DNA from: Malacoraja senta
Taxonomy: Eukaryota
Direction: 5' to 3'
DNA length: 44,648 bases
Assembly (NCBI GenBank): GCA_038087875.1
Contig: JAXLNO010005914.1
Location: 1-44,648, forward strand
Numbering within the stretch: the first letter of the stretch is position 1; each line of letters begins with the position of its first letter. Below, piece after piece: positions 24,033 through 35,503 of this stretch. Below the pieces are notes generated by a model. The model saw nothing but the letters and a program-made list of their open reading frames with translations, was not told the DNA's origin and made no database searches. A program made the position numbers and the translations under genes.

Positions 24033-24767
24033 CATAGAAACATAGAAAATAGGTGCAGGAGTAGGCCATTCGGCCCTTCGATATGATCATGGCTGATCAT
24101 CCAACTCAGTATCCTGTACCTGCCTTCTCTCCATACTCCCTGATCCCTTTAGCGACAAGGGCCACATCTAACTCCCTCTTAAATATAGCCAATGAACTGG
24201 CCTCAACTACCTTCTGTGGCAGAGAAATCCACAGATTCACCACTCTCTGTGTGAAAAATGTTTTTCTCATCTCGGTCCTAAAAGATTTCCCCCTTATCCA
24301 TAAATTGTGACCCCTTGTTCTGGACTTCCCCAACATCGGGAACAATCTTCCTGCATCTAGCCTGTCCAACCCCTTAAGAATTTTGTAAGTTTCTATAAGA
24401 TCCCCCCTCAATATTCCAAATTCTAGCGAGTACAAGCCGAGTCTATCCAGTCTTTCTTCATATGAAAGTCCTGACATCCCAGGAATCAGTCTGGTGAACC
24501 TTCTCTGTACACCCTCTATGGCAAGAATGTCTTTCCTCAGATTAGGAGACCAAAACTGTACGCAATACTCCAGGTGTGGTCTCACCAAGATCCTGTACAA
24601 CTGCAGTAGAACCTCCCTGCTCCTATACTCAAATCCTTTTGCTATGAATGCTAACATACCATTCGCTTTCTTCACTGCCTGCTGCACCTGCATGCCTACT
24701 TTCAATGACTGGTGTACCATGACACCCAGGTCACGTTGCATCTCCCCTTTTCCTAATCGGCCACCAT
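24033..24767 (-). mobile_element. CR1 3' fragment of the same young subfamily as CR1-D
   Basis: 211-aa ORF nearly identical to the C-terminus of ORF 31580-33280; (TTTCTATG)n tail. Confidence 0.92.
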
Positions 24768-25062
24768 CGCCTCAGTCCACCCACCTGCCTTCCTCTGGCC
24801 CCAACCCTCATCCCTGCCGTGTGTTCACCACCCCCCCTGACCTCCCCCTCTCAGATATCGAACGGTCTGTCCTCAGCAGAGGCCACACCTTTGTCCCCCT
24901 CCGTCCCCACCTCAATGAGTTCCGCGCCCGCATCGATTTTGAGCTCTTCTTCCCTCGCCTCCGCCTCACACCGTTCTTCCACGGGAAGGAGTCCTCGCCC
25001 TCATTGATGATCCCTTTTCCCGTCTCCAACGGACCCCATCCTCTTGGACCCCCCCCCCCTCA
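24768..25062 (+). mobile_element. Penelope-like element ORF N-terminal fragment
   Basis: LPLSDIERSVLSRGHTFVPLRPHLNEFRARIDFELFFPRLRL resembles the LSxxExxVLxKGLxFxP...F.RRLRL N-terminal block of Penelope-like ORFs. Confidence 0.65.
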
Positions 25063-25139
25063 TGGCCATTGGGATAGTCGATGACGGAGTTGAAGGGAAA
25101 GATAGTAAAGGGAGGGTTAATGACCCCCAGAATTGATCC

Positions 25140-25415
25140 TCTCCACATCCACTCTATCCAAGCTTTTCACTATTTGGTATGATTCAATGAGGTCCCCCCG
25201 TATTCTTCTAAAATCCAGCGAGTACAGGTCCACTGCCATCAAATGCTCATCATATGTTAATCCATTAATTCCTGGGATCATTCTTGTACACCTCCTCTGG
25301 ACCCTCTATAGAGCCAGCACATCCTTCCTCAGATATGGTGCCAAAAAATGCTCATAATGCTCCAAATGTGGCTTGACTGGTGCCTTATAGAACCTCAGCA
25401 TTACATCCCTGCTTG
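25140..25415 (-). mobile_element. Old CR1 ORF2 C-terminal fragment
   Basis: PHLEHYEHFLAPYLRKDVLALERVQRR-like motif, degenerate. Confidence 0.7.
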
Positions 25416-25584
25416 ACAGGGAGAAAATGCAATTGATGTCTTTCATATTAGTTAACCATGGATTTTCTTGACCACAGTTGACAGCCCCAAATGGGATTAC
25501 ATCTCTTTCACACATCTCTATAGAGCATAGCGTTAAGCTTCGAAGGGCAAAATTTACACGAGTTGTGCAGGTCAAGTGTTTTTT

Positions 25585-25735
25585 TGCAGAGAGAGCTTGA
25601 TACCTAGAATGCGCTACCAGGAGTGGTGGTAGAGGAGGACATGATAATGGTGCTTAAGAATGTTTTGGACAGGCTTGTGGTTATGCAGGGAATACAAGGA
25701 TATGGATCACATGCAGGCAGTGGAGATGAGTTTTG
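25585..25735 (+). mobile_element. Old CR1 3'-end fragment
   Basis: GAATGCGCTACCAGGAGTGGTGGTAGAGG...GGATATGGATCACATGCAGGCAG, similar to other CR1 3' ends in the window. Confidence 0.55.
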
Positions 25736-25737
25736 GT

Positions 25738-26020
25738 TTTGTTTAGAGATAGAGTATGGAAACAGGAACTTTGGGCCACTGAGTCCGCACTGACCAGCAA
25801 TTGCCCATTCACTATTTCTGTCCGACAAGCTAGGGACAATTTACAGAAGCCAATTAACCTACAAACCTGCACGTCTTTTGTATTTGGGAGGAAACCGGAG
25901 ACCCCAGAGAAAACCCACAGGGTGAGAAAGGGAACGTACAAACTCCGTCCAGACAGCACTCTAGTCAGGATCGAACCCGGGTCTCTAATGCTGTAAGATA
26001 GCCACTCTATCACTGTGCCT
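25738..26020 (-). mobile_element. V-SINE (HE1-like)
   Basis: B-box GGTTCGATCC on minus, V core, CR1-like tail ending CTCTAAAC. Confidence 0.85.
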
Positions 26021-26159
26021 CTGTGTTGCCTTAGTTTAACTTGGTATCCTGTTCGACATGGACATTGCAGGCTGAAAGTCCTGTTCTTGTACTGTTCTAT
26101 GTTCTATATATTCTCATTGGACAGGGCAGGGATATGTTTTCCACTTCTCCAGCCTCCAT

Positions 26160-26865
26160 GTTGAATACTTACTCCCAGTTTAAAGTTGATTCAATTAGTC
26201 AATCCATATCTCCCTCCCCTCCTGCCCTGATCCCCATTCTATATTTTGAAGTAGTCATTCCCCTTTTCACTCCCTGGTCTGTCTACAATGCCCACAACTT
26301 TCCTCTAATTTCCTGTCTTGGTGCAAGCAACATCTATCCATTTACCTCTTCCCTTCCCACTGTCCATAGACCCAGGTAGTTCTTCAAAGTGAAACAGCGT
26401 GAAACACTTGGACTTCCAGTCAAATCTACTGTATTTGGTTTTCATGACGTAATCTTCCACATTGCCTCAATGAAACAAATTGAGTGGCTGCTTTCTGGAG
26501 AACCTGCATTCAATCCATGGGACTTTCTAAGATTCCTAATTCCTGCCACTTTAATTCTCCATTCAACACCCACCATGATCCATCCATCTGTACCTCTTAC
26601 ACTAGGATAACAAGGGTGAAAGTAACCTTGAGGACCAAAAACTCAGCTTCTGTCTGGACATGTTGCAGCCTTTCAAACTCAATTCCACATTCAACGAGTT
26701 GCATTCCCTGTCGATAAAAGAACTGGTCATTTCAACTGTTAAGTTGAAGTCAGAAAGAACAGATGCAAGAAGTATGAAGCAGGATCCCAAGCTGAAACAT
26801 TACATAACCATGTCTTCCAGATGCTGCCTGAACCACTGAGTTACACCTGCACGTTTTTGTATTTT
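26160..26865 (+). mobile_element. Degraded Penelope-like GIY-YIG C-terminus followed by terminal repeat
   Basis: HFNS... and LEDQKLSFCLDMLQPFKLNSTFNE resemble the GIY-YIG end. Degenerate hammerhead-like segment at 26771-26803, then the same arm as the palindromic mini-elements. Confidence 0.6.
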
Positions 26866-26994
26866 TTTTAAATTACAGTAAAGTTATCCACCAGCAAAAT
26901 CAGGACAGCCTGACCTACTTGAGTACTGCAGTATGTGCTGCATTTTATATAACTCTGTTTAGTTTCATGCATGCAGAGATGCAGTGAAATGGTT

Positions 26995-27084
26995 TGGATG
27001 GCACAGCAGATGCTGGACACCCCGTCCCTTCTCTCCAGAGATGCTGCCTGTCCCACTGAGTTACTCCAGCTTTTTGTGTCTATC
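26995..27084 (+). mobile_element. 90-bp fragment of the Penelope-derived arm with a 15-bp TSD
   Basis: TGCAGTGAAATGGTT at 26980-26994 and 27085-27099; interior matches AGAGATGCTGCCTGTCCCACTGAGTTACTCCAGC. Confidence 0.75.
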
Positions 27085-27777
27085 TGCAGTGAAATGGTTG
27101 TTCTGCATTCTCTCCAGTCAAGTCATACTGCACATAAGTACAATACGTCCACTTCTGGAACAGCACGCAGAAATCCACCACATTCCAGTACTATCTTGCA
27201 GCTTCCAAGTCTCTGAAAAGTCTGATTTTGCCCTATGGAAATACCTAATTTCTCATTTTCTCATGTTAAGGCCCAGTGTCATAACAGCACTGGATTGATG
27301 AAGTAGAGGCGCCTGCCTCAGTTTAAGTTTTTCTGTTTCAAGATTGTGATCAAACCCTCATCACTGCACTGTGTCGCAGTGCCACCCATTACGTATCAGT
27401 CCCAATTATCTTTCAACATGCTGGAATCACTTGTTTTCTATCCATTTTAGACTTTTTTCATGAATTGTTCAGCATAAACAGTTATGCTACAGCAGTTAAG
27501 CGCAGCTACCACTTAGTTCCAGATACGTAACAACACAAGAGATAGTGTTGGAAGAATGATCAAACTCACACATAGTGGTTAGAATCCATAGTCTATTATT
27601 AGTAACTCTGCAGATGAAACACAAGGTGCATTCTTCTCAGCATGCTTACTGCCAGTCTACCAGAGAGAGGGAGAGAGGGAGAGAGAGCTGTCTTATAAGC
27701 CTGTGGGCGGAGCCACAGTATGAGTGACACTAACCTACAGATAGGCACAGGGGTAAGTTTCGGTTTATTATTGGCAC

Positions 27778-28050
27778 GTTTAGTTTCGAGGTACAGCATG
27801 GAAATAGGCCTTTTGGCCCACTGAACCTGTGCTGACTAAGGACCACCCAAATATTAGTTATATCCTGCACACTAGGGACAATTTACAGAAGCCAAAAAAC
27901 ATACAAACCTGCACTTCTTTGAATGTGACGGAAGTGTAGCACCCGGAGATAACTCACATGGTCACAGAGAGAATATATGAACTATATATAGACAGCACCC
28001 ATTGTCAGGATTGAACTTTGGTCTGTGGTACTGTAAGGCAGCAACTTTCC
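27778..28050 (-). mobile_element. Old V-SINE (HE1-like)
   Basis: Aligns with the other SINE copies; more diverged. Confidence 0.75.
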
Positions 28051-28196
28051 AGGTACAGTTGAATGCTATCCAATTGGATGAGATAACAACATACATATAT
28101 ATGATCAAGTCAACTCAAGTACTGTAGGTAGAGCAAAGGGGAAGGTACAGAGTGTGGCATATAGTTCTCAGCAATGTAGCACACCAGTTCCATTAG

Positions 28197-28318
28197 ATAA
28201 GGGTTTCGACAAGAAACGTGACACGTTCCTTCTCTCCAGAGATGCTGCCTGACCCGTTGAGTTACTCTAGCATTTTGTGTCTATCTGCGGTTTAAACCAG
28301 CATCTACAGTTCCTTCCT
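28197..28318 (+). mobile_element. Single arm of the Penelope-derived mini-element with a truncated hammerhead
   Basis: GGGTTTCGACAAGAAACGTGAC then the arm; the CTGANGA box is missing. Confidence 0.65.
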
Positions 28319-28814
28319 GCATAGTTTCATAAACAAAGTCCACTGTCTGTATTGGGGTAGTGGTCAATTGGACAGTACCCTAGCTTATGGAACGATCATT
28401 CAGAAGCCTGATTTTCTCATCGGTTATCAAGTTTCCGAGTAAGCCATTTGGTCCTCTAACCTGCCCACCATTCAATATGACCATGGCTGACGTTCCTCAG
28501 GCATCAACTCCTGTTCGGTGCCAGTTCCTCATTGCACTCAATTCTCCAATCTTTCAAAAGTTTAACTACCGCCACATTAAATACTTCCAATGATTTTGTC
28601 TTCACAAATCTCTGGGGTCAAGAGCGCCAGAGAATGACCACACTCTGCAAAAAGAGATTTTGTAAACAAATGACTGGTCTCTTTTATCTCTTATTGAAGA
28701 GGAGTGAAAATACTGCCAATTTTAAGCTTGTCCCTCCCCAATTGGCCCTCATTTCGTAACTTGTCAATTATTTATTATTGTCAATAATATGCCCTTGTGA
28801 AAAGATTTGCCGTT

Positions 28815-29148
28815 GGTATTAGTTTATTATTGTCACGTGAACTGAGATATAGTCAAAAGTTTGTCTGTGTGTTATCCAATCAGATCATACTACACATGTG
28901 CAATCAAGCCATCCACAAGTAGATCAGTGCAAAGAGAAAACTACCCAGAGTGCAGAATATCGGGTTACAATATCATAGCATTACAGTTACAGAGAAAGTG
29001 CAGATCAAAAAGAGTTGTAAGGTTCACAATGAGATTGGTTGGAAGATCAGGGCAACATCTTATCTTACATGAGAACCATTCAGTAGTCCAATAACAGTGG
29101 GGAAGAAGCTGTTCATGAATTTAATGGTACGTAAATTCAAACTTTCTT
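28815..29148 (-). mobile_element. LINE 3'-end fragment (Rex1/Babar-like)
   Basis: Minus strand ends ...GTGACAATAATAAACTAA; body resembles the 3'UTRs of the other Rex1-like pieces. Confidence 0.45.
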
Positions 29149-29335
29149 GTGTACTGTCTTAACAGGGAGCGTGCGATCCCTTTTAAACCACGTGGTTGGT
29201 TGATGGGACGAAAGAGGCAAAGCGGGGTAGATGTAGACAGTAACTTGGTTGTTGTAGTAGACTGAAGAATATTTTGTGGTGGGTGACTGTGCAAGTTTTA
29301 CTGAAGTTGAAAATAACCATCTTACTGTCTTGTAA

Positions 29336-29546
29336 TTTCCACTGAGGTCACTCTCGCTGCCCGCCCTGATGATCATTCAGTCCTGTACTGCACTGTGTTT
29401 GGATTTTACCCACCGGCCATCAATGTCAGCTGGTTGCAGAATGGTCAACATGTCTCTGAGACGAAATCTTCTGGGGTCATACCCAACAACGATGGAACAT
29501 ATCATCTAAGGTCTGTCCTTGAGTATGATCCGTATGATGGGAAACA
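29336..29546 (+). pseudogene. MHC class I alpha3-like C1-set Ig exon, 5' part
   Basis: (V)STEVTLAARPDDHSVLYCTVFGFYPPAINVSWLQNGQHVSETKSSGVIPNNDGTYHLRSVLEYDPYDGK: C-x3-GFYP, W, PNxDGTY. The expected acceptor reads GTAA (29332-29335) rather than AG. Confidence 0.88.
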
Positions 29547-32500
29547 CCTAAGGTACTGGAAGAGAGAAGTTGGGAGACGGTGAGAAAGGGAGGGAAGCAT
29601 GGAATGCCAACGTCCCCGGGTGTTGTGCCTCTTGTGAACAGGTTCACCCACTTAGAAGCTGTTGGGACAGAAGACGTGTTTACACTGAGCGGCGGACTGG
29701 TTTGCGATGCGAATAGGGCTGTTGAGCCAAAACCAAAAAGGCCTAAGGCAGGCAACGCCATTGTAGTGGGAGACTCCATTGTGAGAGGTACGGACAGGGG
29801 TTTCTGTGGCAACAGACGGGATGCGAGGATGGTGTGCTGCCTTCCTGGTGCCAGGATCCAGGATGTCACGGACAGAGTGCAGAAAATCCTCAAGGGCGAA
29901 GGTGAACATCCGGAAGTGGTAGTGCATGTCGGCACAAACGATGTCGGAAAGAAGGGGATGAATATTCTGCAGCGTGACTTTAGAGAGCTCGGAAAAATGC
30001 TGAAAAGCAGGACCTCCAGGGTTGTTATCTCCGGTTTGCTTCCAGTTCCTCGTGCTGGCGAGAGCAGGAACAGGGAGATACGGGACCTGAACGTGTGGCT
30101 CAGGAACTGGTGCACGGGGCAGGGATTTAGATTCTTAGATCACTGGGATCTGTTTTGGGGTAAGGGGGAACTGTACAAAAGGGACGGATTGCATCTTAAC
30201 AGGTGTGGGACCAGCATTCTGGCAGGCAGGTTTGCCACTGCTACACGGGTGGTTTTAAACTGAATAAGGGGGGTGGGGTGTCGAATGGGATAGTGGAGGA
30301 TGGAGTTAAAGGGAAAGGGTTTCTTAAATGTGTGAGCGTAGAGACAGAGGAGTGAAAAATGAGGTAGCAAGGTGAAAAGTAAAAGTGGAAGACAGACAAA
30401 ACCAGGGCAAAAATCAAAAAGGGCCACTTTTCAACATAATTGTATAAGGGGTAAGAGTGTTGTAAAAACAAGCCTGAAGGCTTTGTGTCTCAATGCAAGG
30501 AACATTCGTAATAAGGTGGATGAGTTGAATGTGCAGATAGCTATTAATGACTATGATATAGTTGGGATCACGGAGACATGGCTCCAGGGTGACCAAGGCT
30601 GGGAGCTGAACATCCAGGGATATTCAATATTCAGGAGGGATAGAGAGAAAGGAAAAGGAGGTGGGGTAGCATTGATGATTAGAGAGGAGATTAACGCAAT
30701 GGAAAGGAAGGACATTAGGTTCGAAGATGTGGAATCGGTATGGGTAGAGCTGCGAAACACTAAGGGGCAGAAAACGCTGGTGGGTGTTGTGTACAGGCCA
30801 CCTAACAGTAGTAGTGAAGTTGGAGATGGTATCAAACAGGAAATTAGAAATGCGTGCGACAAAGGCAAAACAGTTATAATGGGTGACTTCAATCTACATA
30901 TAGATTGGGTGAATCAAATTGGCAGGGGTGCTGAGGAAGAGGATTTCTTGGAATGTATGCGGGATAGTTATCTAAATCAACATGTAGAGGAACCAACGAG
31001 AGAGCAGGCTATTTTAGACTGGGTATTGAGTAATGAGGAAGGGTTAGTTAGCAGTCTTGTTGTACGTGCCCCCTTGGGCAAGAGTGACCATAATATGGTT
31101 GAGTTCTTCATTAGGATGGAGAGTGACATTGTTAATTCAGAAACAATGGTTCTGAACTTAAAGAAAGGTAACTTTGAGGGTATGAGACATGAATTGGCCA
31201 TGATTGACTGGCAATTAATTCTAAAAGGGTTGACGGTGGACATGCAATGGAAGACATTTAATGACTGCATGGATGAACTACAAAAATTGTTCATCCCAGT
31301 TTGGCAAAAGAATAAATCAGGGAAGGTAGTACATCCGTGGATAACAAGGGAAATCAGGGATGGTATCAAAGCGAAAGATGATGCGTACAAATTAGCCAGA
31401 AAAAGCAGCATACCAGAGGACTGGGAAAATTCAGAGAAAGGCAGAGGAGGACAAAGGGCTTAATTAGGAAAGGAAAAATAGATTATGAAAGAAAACTGGC
31501 AGGGAACATAAAAACTGACTGCAAATGTTTTTATAAATATGTAAAAAGAAAGAGATTAGTTAAAACAAATGTAGGTCCCTTGCAGTCAGAAACAGGTGAG
31601 TTGATCATGGGGAACAAGGATATGGCGGACCAATTGAATAACTACTTTGGTTCCGTCTTCACTAAGGAAGACATAAATAATCTGCCGGAAATAGCAGGGG
31701 AACGCGGGTCAAAGGAGTTGGAGGAATTGAGTGAAATCCAGGTTAGTCGGGAAGTGGTTTTGGGTAAATTGAATGGATTAAAGGCCGATAAATCCCCAGG
31801 GCCAGATAGGCTGCATCCCAGAGTACTTAAGGAAGTAGCTCCAGAAATAGCGGATGCATTAGTAATAATCTTTCAAAATTCTTTAGATTCTGGAGTAGTT
31901 CCTGAGGATTGGCGGGTAGCAAACGTAACCCCACTTTTTAAGAAGGGAGGGAGAGAGAAAACGGGGAATTACAGACCAGTTAGTCTAACATCGGTAGTGG
32001 GGAAACTGCTAGAGTCAGTTATTAAAGATGGGATAGCAGCACATTTGGAAAGTGGTGAAATCATTGGACAAAGTCAGCATGGATTTACGAAAGGTAAATC
32101 ATGTCTGACGAATCTTATAGAATTTTTCGAGGATGTAACTAGTAGCGTGGATAGGGGAGAACCAGTGGATGTGGTGTATCTGGACTTCCAGAAGGCTTTC
32201 GACAAGGTCCCACATAAGAGATTAGTATACAAACTTAAAGCACATGGCATTGGGGGTTCAGTATTGATGTGGATAGAGAACTGGCTGGCAAACAGGAAGC
32301 AAAGAGTAGGAGTAAACGGGTCCTTTTCACAATGGCAGGCAGTGACTAGTGGGGTACCGCAAGGCTCAGTGCTGGGACCCCAGCTATTTACAATATGTAT
32401 TAATGACCTGGATGAGGGAATTGAAGGCAATATCTCCAAGTTTGCGGATGACACTAAGCTGGGGGGCAGTGTTAGCTGTGAGGAGGATGCTAGGAGACTG

Positions 32501-33373
32501 CAAGGTGACTTGGATAGGCTGGGTGAGTGGGCAAATGTTTGGCAGATGCAGTATAATGTGGATAAATGTGAGGTTATCCATTTTGGTGGCAAAAACAGGA
32601 AAGCAGACTATTTTCTAAATGGTGGCCGACTAGGAAAAGGGGAGATGCAGCGAGACCTGGGTGTCATGGTACACCAGTCATTGAAAGTAGGCATGCAGGT
32701 GCAGCAGGCAGTGAAGAAAGCGAATGGTATGTTAGCTTTCATAGCAAAAGGATTTGAGTATAGGAGCAGGGAGGTTCGAGTGCAGTTGTACAGGGTCTTG
32801 GTGAGACCACAACTGGAGTATTGCGTACAGTTTTGGTCTCCAAATCTGAGGAAGGACATTATTGCCATAGAGGGAGTGCAGAGAAGGTTCACCAGACTGA
32901 TTCCTGGGATGTCAGGACTGTCTTATGAAGAAAGACTGGATAGACTTGGTTTATACTCTCTAGAATTTAGGAGATTGAGAGGGGATCTTATAGAAACGTA
33001 CAAAATTCTTAAGGAGTTGGACAGGCTAGATGCAGGAAGATTGCTCCCGATGTTGGGGAAGTCCAGGACAAGGGGTCACAGCTTAAGGATAAGGGGGAAA
33101 TCCTTTAAAACCGAGATGAGAAGAACTTTTTTCACACAGAGAGTGGTGAATCTCTGGAACTCTCTGCCACAGAGAGTAGTCGAGGCCAGTTCATTGGCTA
33201 TATTTAAGAGGGAGCTAGATGTGGCCCTTGTGGCTAAAGGGATCAGAGGGTATGGAGAGAAGGCAGGTACGGGATACTGAGTTGGATGATCAGCCATGAT
33301 CATATTGAATGGCGGTGCAGGCTCGAAGGGCCGAATGGCCTACTCCTGCACCTAATTTCTATTTCTATGTTTC
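29547..33373 (+). mobile_element. Young 5'-truncated CR1 (CR1-D): partial ORF1, ORF2 with one internal frameshift
   Basis: ORF1 esterase open to 30263. ORF2 30372-33280 is broken by a 1-nt frameshift at ~31425-31429, plus a 13-nt deletion just after the presumed ATG relative to CR1-A. (TTTCTATG)n tail; 14-bp TSD TATGATGGGAAACA (29533-29546, 33374-33387). Confidence 0.97.
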
Positions 33374-33387
33374 TATGATGGGAAACA

Positions 33388-33443
33388 GTATTCCTGTCAT
33401 GTCGATCACAGCAGCCTGCCCGGTGGGAAGACCATCATCTGGG
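33388..33443 (+). pseudogene. MHC class I alpha3-like C1-set exon, 3' part
   Basis: QYSCHVDHSSLPGGKTIIW followed by G|GTAAGA donor. Joined exon is 267 nt, phase 1-1. Confidence 0.9.
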
Positions 33444-33759
33444 GTAAGAACATTAAATATTCATTCATAGATAATCATTACCTTCTGTTGTATCCATTTT
33501 AATCATCGTGACTACATCGCATATTCCAAGATGCTTAAACTTTCTTTGTTTAGTGGTGTTGCTCTAAGCAATCACGTAATCAGCACCCACTCTCCACATG
33601 AGCAGAAGACTTTGTCAACAGAAAATTTATCAAAAGTAAATAAATAACTAATATACAAGGAAGGAGTATTTGAGATTCTCAGTGCTGGAACTGAAATCCA
33701 TGAAAGGTATGTTTAAATAAAAAATGAATCTTTCCTCATGATGTGATTAACAGCAAGGC

Positions 33760-34492
33760 ACTGGGGGAGTACATGCCCCAATCCAAATCAATGGTCCGAA
33801 GTGGAAATGATTGAGAGCTTCATGTTCCTTGGCATGAATATATCCAATATTCGGTCATGGACTGGCCACATAGCCAAGGAGGCACACCAACATCTCTACT
33901 TCCTCAGGAGACTGAGAATATTCATCATGTCTCTGGTGACTCTAGCAAACATCTATAGATGCTGCCAGAGAACGCATGTTGTTGGGTTGCATCACATCTT
34001 GATTTGGGAACTGCACTGCTCAAGACTGCAAGAATATACAAAGAGTTAAAGATCATCACACAGGCCAGACTTCCCACTATTGATTCAGTCACACCAGGTT
34101 GCCTTGGAAAACGAGACTTATCCCACCCCGGTCATTCCTCTTTCCTGCTCCCATCAGGCAATAGGTACAGAAAGTTGAAAGTATACACTGCCAGACCCCC
34201 TTTCCATCTGTTAACAGGCTTTAACCCCCTTTCCATCTGTTAACAGGCTTCGGAAGGGTCCTTCCATAATGTAGGTTTAATGCCAGATTTACCTCAACCT
34301 CATTGCACATTGAACATTGTCTATGGAACTGATGCGTTACAATGTTGAGAACGATATTCTGTACTCTGTATCCTCCTCTTTGCTCTATCTATTGTTTTTG
34401 AGTTTGTATTTATGTATAGTTTTATAATTTGTTTGGATAGCATACAAAACAAACCTTTGCTCTGTATTTTGAAACATCTGGCATTAATAAAA
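33760..34492 (+). mobile_element. Degraded Rex1/Babar-type LINE 3' portion
   Basis: ESFMFLGMNIS...QHLYFLRRLR...LANIYRC; 3' AATAAAA at ~34486. Confidence 0.75.
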
Positions 34493-34917
34493 CAAAACCT
34501 AATGAAGTAAGTTCCCTGACGCAAGTTACAGATTCAGCAACAACAAATATAGCTGCCTGACAAACAGCGATCGTAATAGTTTGAATCCAGGTATGCTGCA
34601 CTAACCTAGACAAATGCTCACTTTTGAAGATTCCCTCGAACAATGCAAAACTAAGGAATCTGATATTTCACTCTGAAGACTGTTGACATACTCCAGAACT
34701 TAATTTCCAACCTATCTATGTATCATCAGCAATCTAGGCTACAGCGCCATCAGTCCCTTCATCTGCTCTTAATACCAACGATAAGTAGTTCACTTTCTTG
34801 CATTGATTCCCAACCCGCTGTTGCAGTTTCCCAACCTGAACACTCCTTTAAGACAACTCTCTGCTTGCTCTTAATTGTTTCTTCCATTCATGCTAATTAT
34901 TACCCCCAATGTCATAA

Positions 34918-35259
34918 GGAAGTGGCGGCGCTGTTCAACAGCAGCGGCTCGCCTGCAGTCCATCTGTTTTTACGTTTTTTGTTGTTTTCCTTTGTCCTGT
35001 TTTAGTTAAATTTCAGTTTATTGGGTTGTGTACGTGTGGTGTGGGGTGGAGTGGGGGGGTGAAACATGATTTTTGTCTCTTCCTTCGGGGGAATGCGACT
35101 TTTGTCGTAGCCCCCTTCTCTGCCTCCATCTGCGCTGAGGCCTAATGGCGGAGCTGCCGGCCACCAACTCCAACTGCGACCGACCGACCTGGAGGCTCCG
35201 GAGGCAGAGCCAGGACTTACCAGCGCGGGGCTGGCCTGCTTCGGGGCTGCGGTGGCGTG
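34918..35259 (+). mobile_element. GC-rich element 5' part, related to 16970-17817, replacing the start of an Ig exon
   Basis: Starts GGAAGTGGCGGCG; shares GCCTGCAGTCC + T-run architecture (34951-34961 vs 17020-17030). Confidence 0.55.
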
Positions 35260-35503
35260 GGCAGTGACATCACCCTCAGCTGTACCATCTCCAGACTGCC
35301 AGATACCATCAGTCTTCACTGGAAACCAAGAGGCTCATCTCAGCAGAACAGGAGGAACAGCACTGATCAGATCCGTCAGAATAACGCCATCTATCTGATG
35401 GTCCAACACATTGGAGCAGGAAATCCCATTCTGTACACATGGGAAGTGCAGGAAAATGGCTCCATTGTTCTCACTGGAGACACCAATGTCGAAGTGGATC
35501 AGG
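35260..35503 (+). pseudogene. C2-type Ig exon (5' end lost or displaced), CD4/LAG-3-like family
   Basis: GSDITLSCTISRLPDTISLHWKP...LYTWEVQENGSIVLTGDTNVEVDQ. B-strand Cys and C-strand Trp present; F-strand YxC reads YTW. Perfect G|GTGAGT donor, phase 1. Confidence 0.75.

Noticed and set aside
26860-27232. Minus-strand acceptor + GQNQTFQRLGSC resembling the start of an MHC class I alpha2 exon
   Set aside because: In-frame stop, no DGxDF-type motif and wrong Cys spacing even after removing the 90-bp insertion.
5455-33303. Many antisense ORFs over CR1 elements (e.g. 6529-6906, 8198-8602, 30551-30892, 32074-32592)
   Set aside because: Shadow frames of LINE ORF2; they recur only because the elements are homologous.
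34827-34918. VSQPEHSFKTTLCLLLIVSSIHA as the missing TM exon or a signal peptide
   Set aside because: The hydrophobic run is only ~12 aa, with no donor site and no suitable ATG.
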